Positions 28,238-38,083 of a stretch of DNA of 45,509 nucleotides are shown piece after piece (within the stretch, counting starts at the first letter, position 1; the number at the start of each line of letters is the position of its first letter). A model generated the notes under the pieces. That model had not been told where the DNA came from. It made no database searches and was given only the letters and a program-made list of their open reading frames with translations. This DNA comes from Verrucomicrobiota bacterium (GTDB taxonomy: Bacteria; Verrucomicrobiota; Lentisphaeria; Lentisphaerales; Lentisphaeraceae), in NCBI GenBank assembly GCA_039798785.1, contig JBDKFG010000037.1, positions 1-45,509 of the forward strand, given 5' to 3'. Position numbers and translations under genes: made by a program.

Positions 28238-30016
28238 ATGTCGACCTACAAACTGGAATGCTGCGCCTGCCTGCGGAAGTTCGAGTGGAGCTCCGGCCAG
28301 TCCATCCGATGCCCCGATTGCGGACAGGGCTTCCGCCCCCGCGACTTCGGTCTCGACGACGGCCTGGCGGAGCCCCTGGTCTTCCATGACCGTGCCATGG
28401 TCGAGGCGGCTAGGCTGCTAGGTGTCGCGGCTGCTCCCGGCGAGTGCGCGGCCGCAGTGATGATGGCGCCGCCGCCGGCCGTGGAGGCTCCCGTCCCGGA
28501 GGCCTGCCAGGTCCCCCGGGCCGGCGCGAAGGTGGCGATCCGGGCGCCGTCGCGGCGGCCGCGCAGTCAGGCGCCGCAGGTCGCTCCTTCCGGCCGGCTT
28601 CCGGCACTGGTTCTCCTCGCCGCACTGCTCGCCCTCGTAGGCTTCTGGATGGGACGCAGCACGGTCAGCCACGAGGCCGCGACCTCGCCCGTGGAGATCG
28701 CCGCGGCGATGGAAATGGCGAGGCCCGCAAGCCATGCCCCCGCCGCCCCCGCCGCCCCCGCCGCCCCCGCCGCCCCCGCCGCCGCTCCGCTCGTCTTGAG
28801 CAGCGAGCCGGCCGGCGCGGTCGTCGAGCTTCTCGGCAAAAGGGTGGGGATCACGCCGATGCTGCTTCCGGCGGTTCTTCCCGGGCAGGAAGTGAATCTG
28901 CTTCTTGCGGGTTACCTGCCGAGCCGCTTCTGCTTCGAGCCGGGGGAGAGCGAAGCCCGTCATTTCCGTCTGCGTCCTGCGCCGGGAACCCTGATCGTCA
29001 ACTCGGTGCCTGCGGGGGCCGACGTCATCTGCGGCGGGCGTATTCTCGGCAGCACTCCTCTGGTGCTGCCCGATCAGCCTCAGGGGCAGCATCAGGTCGT
29101 GCTCCGCAAGACCGGCTTCGACGAGGCTTCCTACAGCGTCGTCTTGAGCCCGGACGAGGCGCGCGGGGCGGTCGAGCATGTCTTCGCTCCCAGCACCGGC
29201 AGTCTCAGGATCGTCACCCGCCCGGCGCGCTGCACCGTCATCGTCGACGGCGTTGTCCTGGGCGAGACTGGAGTCGAGCGAGGCAATCCCGCCGTCTCCA
29301 TTCCTTTCGAGGTCGGGCGCCTGCTGCCCGGTCAGCACGAAGTCGTGGTCCGTCCTGTCGGCGGCGGCTTTGCCGCCAGGAGGACCGTCACCCTCAAGCC
29401 TCGTGAGGATCAGGAGATCGAGATGCAGGCCTGGATTGTCGATACCGTAGTGCAGCTGAAGTCCGGTGGCCGCAGGATCTATGGCATGCTTCTGGAGAAG
29501 CGGCCCGGCGGCGGTCTCGTCCTGGCCGAGGCACCAGGGAAGAGCCAATCCTTCGGCGCCGCCGAGGTTCTTCTCGTCGACAAGGCGAGCCTGGCAGACA
29601 AGTACGGATTCAGTCGCGGCATAGAAGTGAAGACCGACCGTTTCCAGCCGCTGGTCGTCACCATCTGGGATCCTGCCGGCAGCGACTACCGCGCCGATCT
29701 CGCCGGGGCGGAGAGGCTGCCTCCGATGCAGATTTTCCAGCTCGAGGAGGAGTTCCGCACCTCCCTCTTCTCGGCGGTCAAGCTGAAATACCGGGGCAAG
29801 TCGATGGAGCTCTCCGGTCGGATCCAGGCGGTCCGCAGAGGCGGCGAATTCCTCAGCGTCGATCTCGGCGGGCGCAGCGAAGTCTATTTCCGCTTCTCCG
29901 AGGAGATCGCCCGGCGGCTTCTCGGCAGCCTCGGCAAGGAGGTCTCGGTCCGCGGCTATTCCCTCGGCTATCGAGGGCTCGACCGACTCGTACTCACCGA
30001 AGCCGTCCTTCAATGA
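28238..30016 (+). CDS. Zn-ribbon / TM / multi-PEGA / OB-fold membrane protein
   Basis: CCAC..CPDC N-terminus, one TM, three PEGA-like starts (SSEPAGA, NSVPAGA, VTRPARC), C-terminal KYRGKSMELSGRI OB-fold-like segment; GGAGGA RBS. Confidence 0.8.
   Translation: MSTYKLECCACLRKFEWSSGQSIRCPDCGQGFRPRDFGLDDGLAEPLVFHDRAMVEAARLLGVAAAPGECAAAVMMAPPPAVEAPVPEACQVPRAGAKVAIRAPSRRPRSQAPQVAPSGRLPALVLLAALLALVGFWMGRSTVSHEAATSPVEIAAAMEMARPASHAPAAPAAPAAPAAPAAAPLVLSSEPAGAVVELLGKRVGITPMLLPAVLPGQEVNLLLAGYLPSRFCFEPGESEARHFRLRPAPGTLIVNSVPAGADVICGGRILGSTPLVLPDQPQGQHQVVLRKTGFDEASYSVVLSPDEARGAVEHVFAPSTGSLRIVTRPARCTVIVDGVVLGETGVERGNPAVSIPFEVGRLLPGQHEVVVRPVGGGFAARRTVTLKPREDQEIEMQAWIVDTVVQLKSGGRRIYGMLLEKRPGGGLVLAEAPGKSQSFGAAEVLLVDKASLADKYGFSRGIEVKTDRFQPLVVTIWDPAGSDYRADLAGAERLPPMQIFQLEEEFRTSLFSAVKLKYRGKSMELSGRIQAVRRGGEFLSVDLGGRSEVYFRFSEEIARRLLGSLGKEVSVRGYSLGYRGLDRLVLTEAVLQ
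28736..28780 (+). repeat. (GCCCCCGCC)x5 in-frame repeat encoding an Ala-Pro-Ala linker
   Basis: Five perfect 9-bp units. Confidence 0.9.
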
Positions 30017-30044
30017 ACACGAAATTCAGAACCAGGTGAATCCC

Positions 30045-31586
30045 ATGGCAGAAGAAAAACCCGGCGCCCGCATCAGCGTCCTTTCCCACGACGAGCTCAT
30101 TCTCATCATGGAGCAGTATCGCCGCAGAAGGCTCCGGGAAAACCTCTTCGGGCCCTCGGTCTCGACCGGCGCCCACCTCATCCTCCTGGTGTGCGCCGCG
30201 GTCTTCCTGAAGGGAACCGTGGAGCCTGCGGCTCCTGCCGTCGTCATTACTGCCGCGGCCGAGCAGGCGCCGCGCGTCCCACCGCCACCACCACCTCCCC
30301 CTCTCGATGCGGTGCCGCCGCCAGAGATCCCCTCCGAGTCGGCGGAGGCCGCCGTCAGTCCTCTCTCCGGACTCGCCCTGACTGCGGCGGAAGCCAGCGG
30401 CCTGGAGTCGGTCGACGACGGCAGTCCTTCGACCGACGAGGGCGCGGCGACGGAGATTATGGCCGACGTGAAGGCCGTGCTCGCGCCGAGCGTGTCGAGC
30501 AAGATGTTTGGCGGCCGTGGGGCCGCCGGGCGGGCCGGCGCGGTCGCCCGCTATGGCGGCTCGATGAAGGCCCAAGTCCACATGGAGAGGGCCCTTTCCT
30601 GGCTCGCCAAGGTGCAGAGCCCCGACGGCTCATGGGGCAGCTCTGCCAGGGATGGCATCACCGGACTCGCCCTGCTGTCCTTTCTCGCCCATGGGGAGAC
30701 GCCGTCCTCGAAGTTCTACGGACGCACCGTCGAGCGCGGCATCCGGTTTCTCGCCGCCTCGAAGGGCGACGGCAACAGCGACCCCCATCTGTATTCCCAT
30801 GCGATCAAGACCTATGCCCTTTGCGAGGCCTTCGCGATGACTGGCAACTATTCCATCGAAGAGGCGATGAACGCCTGTGTCCGGCGCATCATCGCGGGGC
30901 AGCAGAAGGAAGGAGGCTTCGACTACGGCTACAAGCAAGGGTCTCGCGACGACCTGTCTTTCGCGGCCTGGAATTTCCAGGCGTTGAAGGCGGCCAAGTC
31001 CGCCGGCTGCGGTGAAGCCGGACTGCAGGAGGCCGTCGTCAAGGCGGTCGCCAATCTGAAGAGGCGCGCCGCCGCGGGCTTCACCTATTGCAGCGACAAT
31101 CCCCGCCGTTCCTCCGGCCTCCGCGCCGCCGGCATCCTCTGCCTGCAGCTCTTTGACGCAGCCTGGGACGGCCAGCAGAAGCCTTGCGCGGAGCTTGAGC
31201 CGATCTGGAAGGTGGTCTGCGAGGAGGATGTCAAGACTCTCGACTGGAACCGACCGCCCGAATTCTCCATGTACGCATGGTATTACGGCACCTACGCTTG
31301 CTTCCAGGAGGGCGGATCGGTCTGGGCCGGCTGGCGGAAGAGGTTCGAGCCGATGTTGGTGAAAAGCCAGAGTCCTGAAGGTTTCTGGATCTATCCCGGC
31401 CGGCATCATGTGATCGGTGACGATCTCACTCAGAAGGTGCAGGCCACGGCCTTCTCCATCCTGATGATCTCGGTCTACTACCGGTTCCTTCCGTCTTCGA
31501 AAGGCAAGATCGAGGCCGGAGGCAAGGCTGGATCTGCACGGAAGAACGCAGGCAAGGCCGAGGCCGAAGAAGTGATCAGCCTCTGA
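30045..31586 (+). CDS. Membrane-anchored prenyltransferase/squalene-oxidase-repeat (alpha/alpha barrel) protein
   Basis: ALSWLAKVQSPDGSW, TGLALLSFLAHG, QQKEGGFDY, SQSPEGFW, YYRFLP; N-terminal TM and Pro-rich linker. Confidence 0.82.
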   Translation: MAEEKPGARISVLSHDELILIMEQYRRRRLRENLFGPSVSTGAHLILLVCAAVFLKGTVEPAAPAVVITAAAEQAPRVPPPPPPPPLDAVPPPEIPSESAEAAVSPLSGLALTAAEASGLESVDDGSPSTDEGAATEIMADVKAVLAPSVSSKMFGGRGAAGRAGAVARYGGSMKAQVHMERALSWLAKVQSPDGSWGSSARDGITGLALLSFLAHGETPSSKFYGRTVERGIRFLAASKGDGNSDPHLYSHAIKTYALCEAFAMTGNYSIEEAMNACVRRIIAGQQKEGGFDYGYKQGSRDDLSFAAWNFQALKAAKSAGCGEAGLQEAVVKAVANLKRRAAAGFTYCSDNPRRSSGLRAAGILCLQLFDAAWDGQQKPCAELEPIWKVVCEEDVKTLDWNRPPEFSMYAWYYGTYACFQEGGSVWAGWRKRFEPMLVKSQSPEGFWIYPGRHHVIGDDLTQKVQATAFSILMISVYYRFLPSSKGKIEAGGKAGSARKNAGKAEAEEVISL

Positions 31587-31613
31587 GCCTTTCAACCAAG
31601 CAAGGAGATCGAC

Positions 31614-32525
31614 ATGAAGAAGAGATTCCTGGGCGCCGCCCTGCTGCTTCACTGCCTCGCGGCGCCTGCCGCCCCGCCCCCCGGCCCCGCCACGCCCAGC
31701 GGAGGCGATGAAGTCAATGCCCTGGTGGATCAGGCCGCGGGACTCAAGGCCCTGGCCTGGTCCAGATGCAGCAAGGTCAAGGATAGGTTCGTCAACTCTG
31801 CCGGCATCACCCTGGTCTTCATCCCTGCAGGCGCCTTTGTCATGGGCAGTCCTGCCAAGCCGCGGGAGTACGGACGCGGCGTCGACGAGAACCAGCATCA
31901 GGTCACCCTGACCCGCGCATTTCTGATGGGGCGGACCGAGATCACGCAAAAGGAGTACATGGCGGTGATGGGCGTCAATCCCGGCGTCGTCAAGGGTGAC
32001 AGGCTGCCGGCCGAAAACTTGAGCTGGCTCGACGCGGAGCGCTTCTGCACCCGCCTGACTGAGAGGGAGCGATCCGCCGGCAAGCTGCCCGCCGGCTGGG
32101 AGTACCGACTGCCCACCGAGGCGGAGTGGGAGTACGCCTGCCGCGCCGGCTCGGCGGGAGCCTACGCAGGGGCCGGCGATCTCAAAAGCCTGGGCTGGTT
32201 CAGGGACAACTCCGGCGGCCGGATCCAGAGCGTCGCAGGCAAGCAGGGAAATGCCTGGGGCTTGCATGACATGCACGGCAATGTCGCGGAATTCTGCCGC
32301 GACGCCACCTCCAACATCCCCGTCGAGTACGAGCTCGGCCCGGTCGCGGATCCGAAGGGGATGGCGGCTGCCAGCCGCTTCCGCGTCGTCCGCGGCGGCA
32401 ACGCCGGCGCCCTGGCGCAGCATTGCCGCAGCGCCAGCCGGCGCCTCCCTTTCAATGTCGCCCACGATGTCGCATACCCTCAGATCGGGCTGCGGATCGT
32501 CTGTGTTCCGGTCGCCACGCCGTGA
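31614..32525 (+). CDS. FGE-sulfatase (SUMF1/EgtB/PvdO) domain protein, secreted
   Basis: IPAGAFVMGS, YRLPTEAEWEYACRAG, NAWGLHDMHGNVAE, IGLRIV. Confidence 0.92.
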   Translation: MKKRFLGAALLLHCLAAPAAPPPGPATPSGGDEVNALVDQAAGLKALAWSRCSKVKDRFVNSAGITLVFIPAGAFVMGSPAKPREYGRGVDENQHQVTLTRAFLMGRTEITQKEYMAVMGVNPGVVKGDRLPAENLSWLDAERFCTRLTERERSAGKLPAGWEYRLPTEAEWEYACRAGSAGAYAGAGDLKSLGWFRDNSGGRIQSVAGKQGNAWGLHDMHGNVAEFCRDATSNIPVEYELGPVADPKGMAAASRFRVVRGGNAGALAQHCRSASRRLPFNVAHDVAYPQIGLRIVCVPVATP

Positions 32526-32641
32526 GTCCGGAGGCATTGAGGCCCAGGGGGTGCAGGCTTCGGGATCTGGTGCTCTCGCCGGCCTGGGGCTACATTTCCC
32601 CGGCCGCGGATTTCCCGACGGCGTTCCGGAGAGCCAGTCCT

Positions 32642-35002
32642 ATGATTTTCGCCATGCCCCTCGTCCGCCGCCTGCTGGTCGCCACCGCCCTCCTCGCCGC
32701 CGGCGCCTCGCCGGCGGCCGATTCCGAGCTCGCCGAGGCAAGGGTGCGAAACTTGAACCGGATGCAGGAGTGCGTCTCCTTCTGGTGGCGTGACGGTTTC
32801 CGTAACGGTCCTGTGGCCTGCTGGCGAGGAGAGCGTTATGGCGCGGCGCTTGACTGTTCCCGGATGCGACTCCTCCATTTCGGTGCGCTCGGCGCCGCCG
32901 ATGCGGCGTCCGTCCGCCTCAATCCCGAAATCGAAACGTTGCCCGCGGCCGGGCTCGGACTTTCCGTTCGCATCGGCGACGAGCTCTACACATGCCGTCA
33001 AGGAGCTCAGTGCCGCCTGGTCGAAAGCGGCCGCTTCCTGCATCGCATGGACATTCTCGGGCTGAACTTCGCCAGCGAGGCCGGCAAGGTTCTGGAGGCT
33101 GAGGGACGTCTGGAGATCATCGCCTGGCCGGACAGCTTCACTCTGCTGCTGGAAGTGAAGCCCGGCAAGGCGCTTGGCCCGGCGGTCCTGGGCATCGCGC
33201 TGGACGGCGCCGCGCCGCGGCGGCGAGAGGCGCCCCAGGCCGAGTGGCCGGCGGGGGAGGTCCGGCGGGTCCGCCTCGATCTCTTTCCCTCGGACGAGAA
33301 TCCGCCCGGCACCGGTGTGTCGATCAGCGCCCATGCGGAGGGGCAGCCACTGAAGGTGGTCTGGGATCCTGATCTGCAGTGGCACCGCGTCGAGCTGCGC
33401 ACCCGGCCCGAGAAGGACAAGGGTTCGCAGCATCTCGAGGCCAGCCGTGTCCGCTTTCGCAACGGCGGCGACTCGCCCCGGCAGGTCAAGGTCAATTTCG
33501 CCAAGGCCGGCAACATCCCCGGCATCACCGGCCTGGTCGCGATGTATCGCGATGTCGACCGTTATCCCACCGGCATCCCGCTGCAGCTGTCGAAGAACTG
33601 GCATGTCGATCCCAAGGACAGGAACTGTCTCTACCAGGGCCCGTGGCTCCATGTCCTGAGCGTTCTCACACTGCCGCCTCACTGCGATTTCGAGCTTGAG
33701 TTCTGCCTCGTCCACAATTTCTGGGGATCCCTGCCTCTGGCTTCGCATGCCCAGCTCTGTGTCATCGGCTGCGGTCTATTCCAGCTCTGGGACCAGGCCG
33801 CCATCGGCAGCTGGGGCGAGAGCATCTGCTATAACCCCGACCAGTGCTCGGTCCGCTCCGTCATCACCGACATGAGGCCCTTGATGGTCCACAGCATGAA
33901 GCCGGAGGGGGATCGGCGTTGGAATTGGACCAGCAACGTCGGCGGCGGGGATTTTCTCGTCTATCACAACAAAGAAGGAAAGCGACAGAAGATGACAGAA
34001 GTGCGAGCCCGGTATTTCAGCCAGGGCCCCAACCTGAGCGACGTCTGCTACAGCGGCTTGACCGCCGACGGGGCCGTCGCCTCGATCGTCCGGGTGCAGA
34101 CGCCCCGCTGCCAGGACATGAATCGGGCCTACCACCATCTCCGCTACGAGGTGCTGAAGCCGGTCGAATTCAGCCGCCTCGCCTTCTATCAGCTCGGTGG
34201 CGACCTTTACAACGACCATCTCTTCCGGCTTCTCGCCACCGGCGACTCGCGTATCCTGGGGGAGGAGTGGAGACCGCAGCTTGGCGGCCGCATCTACCAC
34301 CGCAGGAGCTTGCCGATGGCCGGCGAGATGCCTTGGATCTCGCTCCACCAGGAGCTCGGCAAGCCCGGACAGCCGGGCCCTTGGGCCAACCGCGGCATGA
34401 TCCTCCGGTCCTGGAAGGCCCGCCTCGGCGGGCATCCTGCCGGTCCGCACTACTCATCTTTCGGCACCGTCGACCAGTTTCCGAGTGCCAACGTCGAACT
34501 CTCGCCTCCACCCGGCCTGTCGCGGCTGCAGGCCGGAGACTTCGTAGAGGCGAGCATAGAGCTCCTGGTCCTGCCGCAGTTCGCCAGGGATTATTACGGC
34601 CCCGATGCCCGGATGCGCCGCGATCTCATCGCCAATGAGGACACATGGAAGTTGGTCTTCCGGCAAGCCGCACTTGGGATGGTCAAGATCGACACGGTCC
34701 GCGGGGAGCTCCTCGGCAACTATCCTATTCGGCTCAAGGCGGAAGCCGGCGAGTTCCTCGAGTTCCGCAGCCGAGGAGGGCTCACCCACACCCCGGTGAC
34801 CATCAGCGGCCTTCGTTCCTACCGCGGTCATGTCCTGCAGGAGAGGCTCGGGGCTGAATGGAGGGAGATCGACCAATCGGCCGCAGGGAAGGATTTCTGG
34901 CAGGTCCAGTACGATGCCGCCAGCGACTCCTACAGCCTGACCTACAACCTCGAGCTGGGCGGAGATCGCCATTTCCGGCTGATCCGCAAGGACGGCCCGT
35001 GA
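32642..35002 (+). CDS. Large secreted hypothetical protein (~786 aa)
   Basis: Signal peptide after MIFAMPLVRR (alternative start 32654); aromatic-rich with LSKNWH and GSWGESICYNPD; no family recognised. Confidence 0.8.
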   Translation: MIFAMPLVRRLLVATALLAAGASPAADSELAEARVRNLNRMQECVSFWWRDGFRNGPVACWRGERYGAALDCSRMRLLHFGALGAADAASVRLNPEIETLPAAGLGLSVRIGDELYTCRQGAQCRLVESGRFLHRMDILGLNFASEAGKVLEAEGRLEIIAWPDSFTLLLEVKPGKALGPAVLGIALDGAAPRRREAPQAEWPAGEVRRVRLDLFPSDENPPGTGVSISAHAEGQPLKVVWDPDLQWHRVELRTRPEKDKGSQHLEASRVRFRNGGDSPRQVKVNFAKAGNIPGITGLVAMYRDVDRYPTGIPLQLSKNWHVDPKDRNCLYQGPWLHVLSVLTLPPHCDFELEFCLVHNFWGSLPLASHAQLCVIGCGLFQLWDQAAIGSWGESICYNPDQCSVRSVITDMRPLMVHSMKPEGDRRWNWTSNVGGGDFLVYHNKEGKRQKMTEVRARYFSQGPNLSDVCYSGLTADGAVASIVRVQTPRCQDMNRAYHHLRYEVLKPVEFSRLAFYQLGGDLYNDHLFRLLATGDSRILGEEWRPQLGGRIYHRRSLPMAGEMPWISLHQELGKPGQPGPWANRGMILRSWKARLGGHPAGPHYSSFGTVDQFPSANVELSPPPGLSRLQAGDFVEASIELLVLPQFARDYYGPDARMRRDLIANEDTWKLVFRQAALGMVKIDTVRGELLGNYPIRLKAEAGEFLEFRSRGGLTHTPVTISGLRSYRGHVLQERLGAEWREIDQSAAGKDFWQVQYDAASDSYSLTYNLELGGDRHFRLIRKDGP

Positions 35003-35003
35003 G

Positions 35004-35798
35004 CTACTTCGCCGCCGCCTGGCGAAGGGAGAAGCGCGACTCGAATTCCGCCATCGGATCCTTCGAGGGCGCGCGGTTCCACTGCTCGGGGTTGAGGTTC
35101 CGGTTGACCAGGACCATATCGAGGAGGCCTTCAGAGAGCAGCTTCTTCGACTCGGAGGTCTCGGCGGGAAGGGCGGCGACGACGAGGGGGCGGCTTGCCG
35201 GATCTGCCGCGAACAAGGGCATCTGCTCGGCCATCCACGGCAGCCCGTGGAGAAAGACGATGAGGTCTGAGGAGGGGGAGGCGTCGATCGCTTTCTGGTA
35301 GCCGGCGGCGCTGTTGCCCGGGGTGTCGCGGAAGGGGTCGGGGCGAGCATCGAGGGGAGGGAAGGCGGCCAGCTCTTCGTTGTCGAGAGGCAGGGGCGTC
35401 AGGGGGCCGATGATCGCAGCGGAGCCATCGAGACCGTCGCGCAGGCCGCGCATGTATTCGTCGTCGAGGAGACGGTCGGAGGGGAGTCCGGAGCTTAGCG
35501 CCAGCAGAGTCTTGGGATGCTTCTCCTTCAAGGCCTTTCCCAAGCCCAGTCCGCGGGCGTAGGCGATCGCGGCCTCCTTTCCGGTGATGCGCTCGATCTC
35601 CTCGCGGGGGTCGAGCTCGTCCCTGTTGATCAAGGCCGAAGCCAGGCCGGCGGCGAGAATCAAGCAGGCGAGTAGACGGCAGCGCGTCTTTGACTTCAGC
35701 CAGCCTCGCGAACGTCCGGGGGCGAGAAGAAGGAAAGTGGCGCAGACGAGGGTCGCGGCGGATATGGCGAGGGAAAGACTCAAGGCGTGCGGTTCCAC
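35004..35798 (-). CDS. Membrane-anchored hypothetical protein (264 aa), pilin partner copy 2
   Basis: GTG start inferred at 35798, overlapping the prepilin end; two TM helices; homologous to copies 1 and 3. Confidence 0.75.
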   Translation of the reverse strand: MEPHALSLSLAISAATLVCATFLLLAPGRSRGWLKSKTRCRLLACLILAAGLASALINRDELDPREEIERITGKEAAIAYARGLGLGKALKEKHPKTLLALSSGLPSDRLLDDEYMRGLRDGLDGSAAIIGPLTPLPLDNEELAAFPPLDARPDPFRDTPGNSAAGYQKAIDASPSSDLIVFLHGLPWMAEQMPLFAADPASRPLVVAALPAETSESKKLLSEGLLDMVLVNRNLNPEQWNRAPSKDPMAEFESRFSLRQAAAK

Positions 35799-36481
35799 TG
35801 CAGTTGGTTCAGGTTCGCGGCCAGAACCTTCTCGACGCGGCCGTCGAAGAAGGCCACGTTGATGCCTTGGCGGTGGCGCCACATGTAGACACGGTTGAGG
35901 TCGCCGCCGGAAGTCACTTCACCGTTGGCGTCGAGGGTCGGCAGGTTGGCGGTGCCTTTCACGGGTTGTGACAGACACCAGCGCGAGTCCGAGTACAGGG
36001 GATTGCTGGCGTCGCCGCGGCCGCCGATCGAATAGGTCGAATTCCAAACCGGATAGTTGGGGCTTGCCCATTGCCGGTAGGCCCAGCCGTTGGGGGCGTA
36101 GGAGAACCACTTGCCACCCCAGGCGTAGGGCGTCTTTGTCTGGCTTTGGCCGTCGCCGCCAGGCGCGCCGGAGGGCGGAGTCTCCGGACAGACGCGGATG
36201 CTCGAGGCGCTGCCGCCGAGGTAGCTCTCCATGCCTCCCATGGTGCCGTACACCCAGACAAATCCCTGGCGGTTGTTGTCATCCATCATCTGTGTCGAAG
36301 CCAGCCCGATCTGGCGCAGGTTGGAGACGCATTTGCTGGTTCTCGCATTCGCGGTCGCCTGCTGGATCGCCGGCAGGAGAAGAGAAAGCAGGATCGCGAT
36401 GACGCAGACCACGATCAGGAGTTCGAGAAGGGTGAAGCTCCTCGGGCGCGGATCGACGCCATTGAATGCCCCGGATCTCAT
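35780..36481 (-). CDS. Prepilin-type N-terminal cleavage/methylation domain protein with H-X9-DG, copy 2
   Basis: [56 protein letters not shown] before ATG 36481. Confidence 0.9.
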   Translation of the reverse strand: MRSGAFNGVDPRPRSFTLLELLIVVCVIAILLSLLLPAIQQATANARTSKCVSNLRQIGLASTQMMDDNNRQGFVWVYGTMGGMESYLGGSASSIRVCPETPPSGAPGGDGQSQTKTPYAWGGKWFSYAPNGWAYRQWASPNYPVWNSTYSIGGRGDASNPLYSDSRWCLSQPVKGTANLPTLDANGEVTSGGDLNRVYMWRHRQGINVAFFDGRVEKVLAANLNQLQWNRTP

Positions 36482-36555
36482 CAGGAGATTTCTCCTATTG
36501 TTTACTCGCCGCCAGAAGAAACACCCGCCGCCCGGGTTTGCAAGAGAGGGGCGCC

Positions 36556-38004
36556 TCATTTGCATTTCAGCACCAGGACGCTGGCCGCTGCATCGGGAGC
36601 CTGGAGGGGCAGGCCTTTCACTTCGATCCCTTGCGGACTCTGCATCACTTCAAGACTATGCGCGGGCACCGCCAGAAGCCTGGCTCCGAGCACCTGCCGC
36701 TGCAGCGGCGGGAGCTTGAGGATGCCTCCTTCAGGCCACTTGAAGATCATCACGTAGATCGAATCGCCCTTCTGGGTCGCCCGCCATTCCATCCGCGACG
36801 AGACCCTCGCCTTGGCGCCGTAGCCGTCCTTGCCGTCCACTTCCTCGCCGAACTCACTGCCGAAAGGCGTGCCCCGGCTGCCGTGGATGGCTTCGCCGTT
36901 GACCTTCATCCATCGGCCCAGCGCGGCCAGGCGCTCGCGGCTGCCCTCGGGAATCTCCCCGAGGGCGTCAGGCCCGACGTTGAGCAGGTAGTTGCCTCCT
37001 TTGCTGGCGATGTCGCAGAGATTGCGGATGAGGAGCTCCGCCGGCTTCCAGTCGTGATCGCCGCTCTTGTAGCCCCAGGAGCGCCCGATGGTCATGCACG
37101 ACTCCCAGTCCCGCCCGGGATAGCCGCGCGCCGGGATGTGCTGCTCCGGCGTCTCGGTGTCGCCGGCAAAGCCCGGCACGGCGTAGCGGTTGGCCAGCCG
37201 GTTGTTCATGATGATGCCGGGACGGAGCGACTGCACGGCGTCGTTGATCCGGGTCGCCATCGCCTTGTCGATGCCTTCCGGACTGTCCCACCAGAGCAGC
37301 GCCGGCGTGTCGTCGCCGTAATGGGAGAGCAGCTCCCTGATCTGCGGCACGACCGTCTTGTCGACGTAATCGCTCATCGCGCCTTCCTGAGCCGCGTCCC
37401 ACTTGCCCTTGTAGGCGGAGCCGCGGTTGTTCCAATCCTGCCCCTGGGAGTAGTAAAAGCCCAGGCGGATTCCCTGTTTGCGACATTCCTCGGCAAGGGC
37501 CTTGATCGGATCCTTGCCGTAGGGAGAGGCGCGCACGATGCTCCAGGCGTTCGCCTGGGTGTCGAACATGGCGAAGCCGTCGTGGTGCTTGACGGTGATG
37601 ACGATGTACTTCATCCCGGCGTCCTTGGCGATGCCGACGAACTCGGCGGCATTGAACTTGACCGGATTGAACTGCCTGGCATAGGCCTGGTAGTCCGCCA
37701 TCGGGATCTTGGCGTAGTGCATCAGCCATTCGCTGGTGCCGGGTGTGGCCTTGCCTTGATGGCTGCCCGCCGGGACGGCGTAGACGCCCCAGTGCACGAA
37801 CATGCCGAACTTCGCTTCGCGCCACCATTTCATCCGGGCATCGTGACGCTCCCGGCTCTCCCCCGGGATGGAGCTGATGAAGGCGTCTTCTGCCTTGGCT
37901 GATGCCGGCGCGGCGGCTTGTCGGGCGGCAGCTGCAGCTCCGTCATCCGCGGGGATCTCCGCAGCGGTGAGAGCGGCCAGAAGGAGATGGACTAAGGGAT
38001 TCAT
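36556..38004 (-). CDS. GH29 alpha-L-fucosidase (second copy)
   Basis: [39 protein letters not shown]. Confidence 0.94.
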   Translation of the reverse strand: MNPLVHLLLAALTAAEIPADDGAAAAARQAAAPASAKAEDAFISSIPGESRERHDARMKWWREAKFGMFVHWGVYAVPAGSHQGKATPGTSEWLMHYAKIPMADYQAYARQFNPVKFNAAEFVGIAKDAGMKYIVITVKHHDGFAMFDTQANAWSIVRASPYGKDPIKALAEECRKQGIRLGFYYSQGQDWNNRGSAYKGKWDAAQEGAMSDYVDKTVVPQIRELLSHYGDDTPALLWWDSPEGIDKAMATRINDAVQSLRPGIIMNNRLANRYAVPGFAGDTETPEQHIPARGYPGRDWESCMTIGRSWGYKSGDHDWKPAELLIRNLCDIASKGGNYLLNVGPDALGEIPEGSRERLAALGRWMKVNGEAIHGSRGTPFGSEFGEEVDGKDGYGAKARVSSRMEWRATQKGDSIYVMIFKWPEGGILKLPPLQRQVLGARLLAVPAHSLEVMQSPQGIEVKGLPLQAPDAAASVLVLKCK

Positions 38005-38083
38005 AGGGGGGCCTCCTCAGGGCTTGTGAAAGGATGCAGGAGAGAGGTCGAAATGGACTTGGCACGAAGGCCCTGAAACCTCA

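Noticed and set aside
28736..28780. 9-bp repeat as a phase-variation switch
   Set aside because: The unit is a multiple of 3, so copy-number change only alters linker length
31614..32525. FGE-domain protein as the activating enzyme for the sulfatase
   Set aside because: It has a signal peptide and lacks the paired catalytic cysteines of true FGE (only HCRSASR); likely a non-catalytic FGE-fold protein
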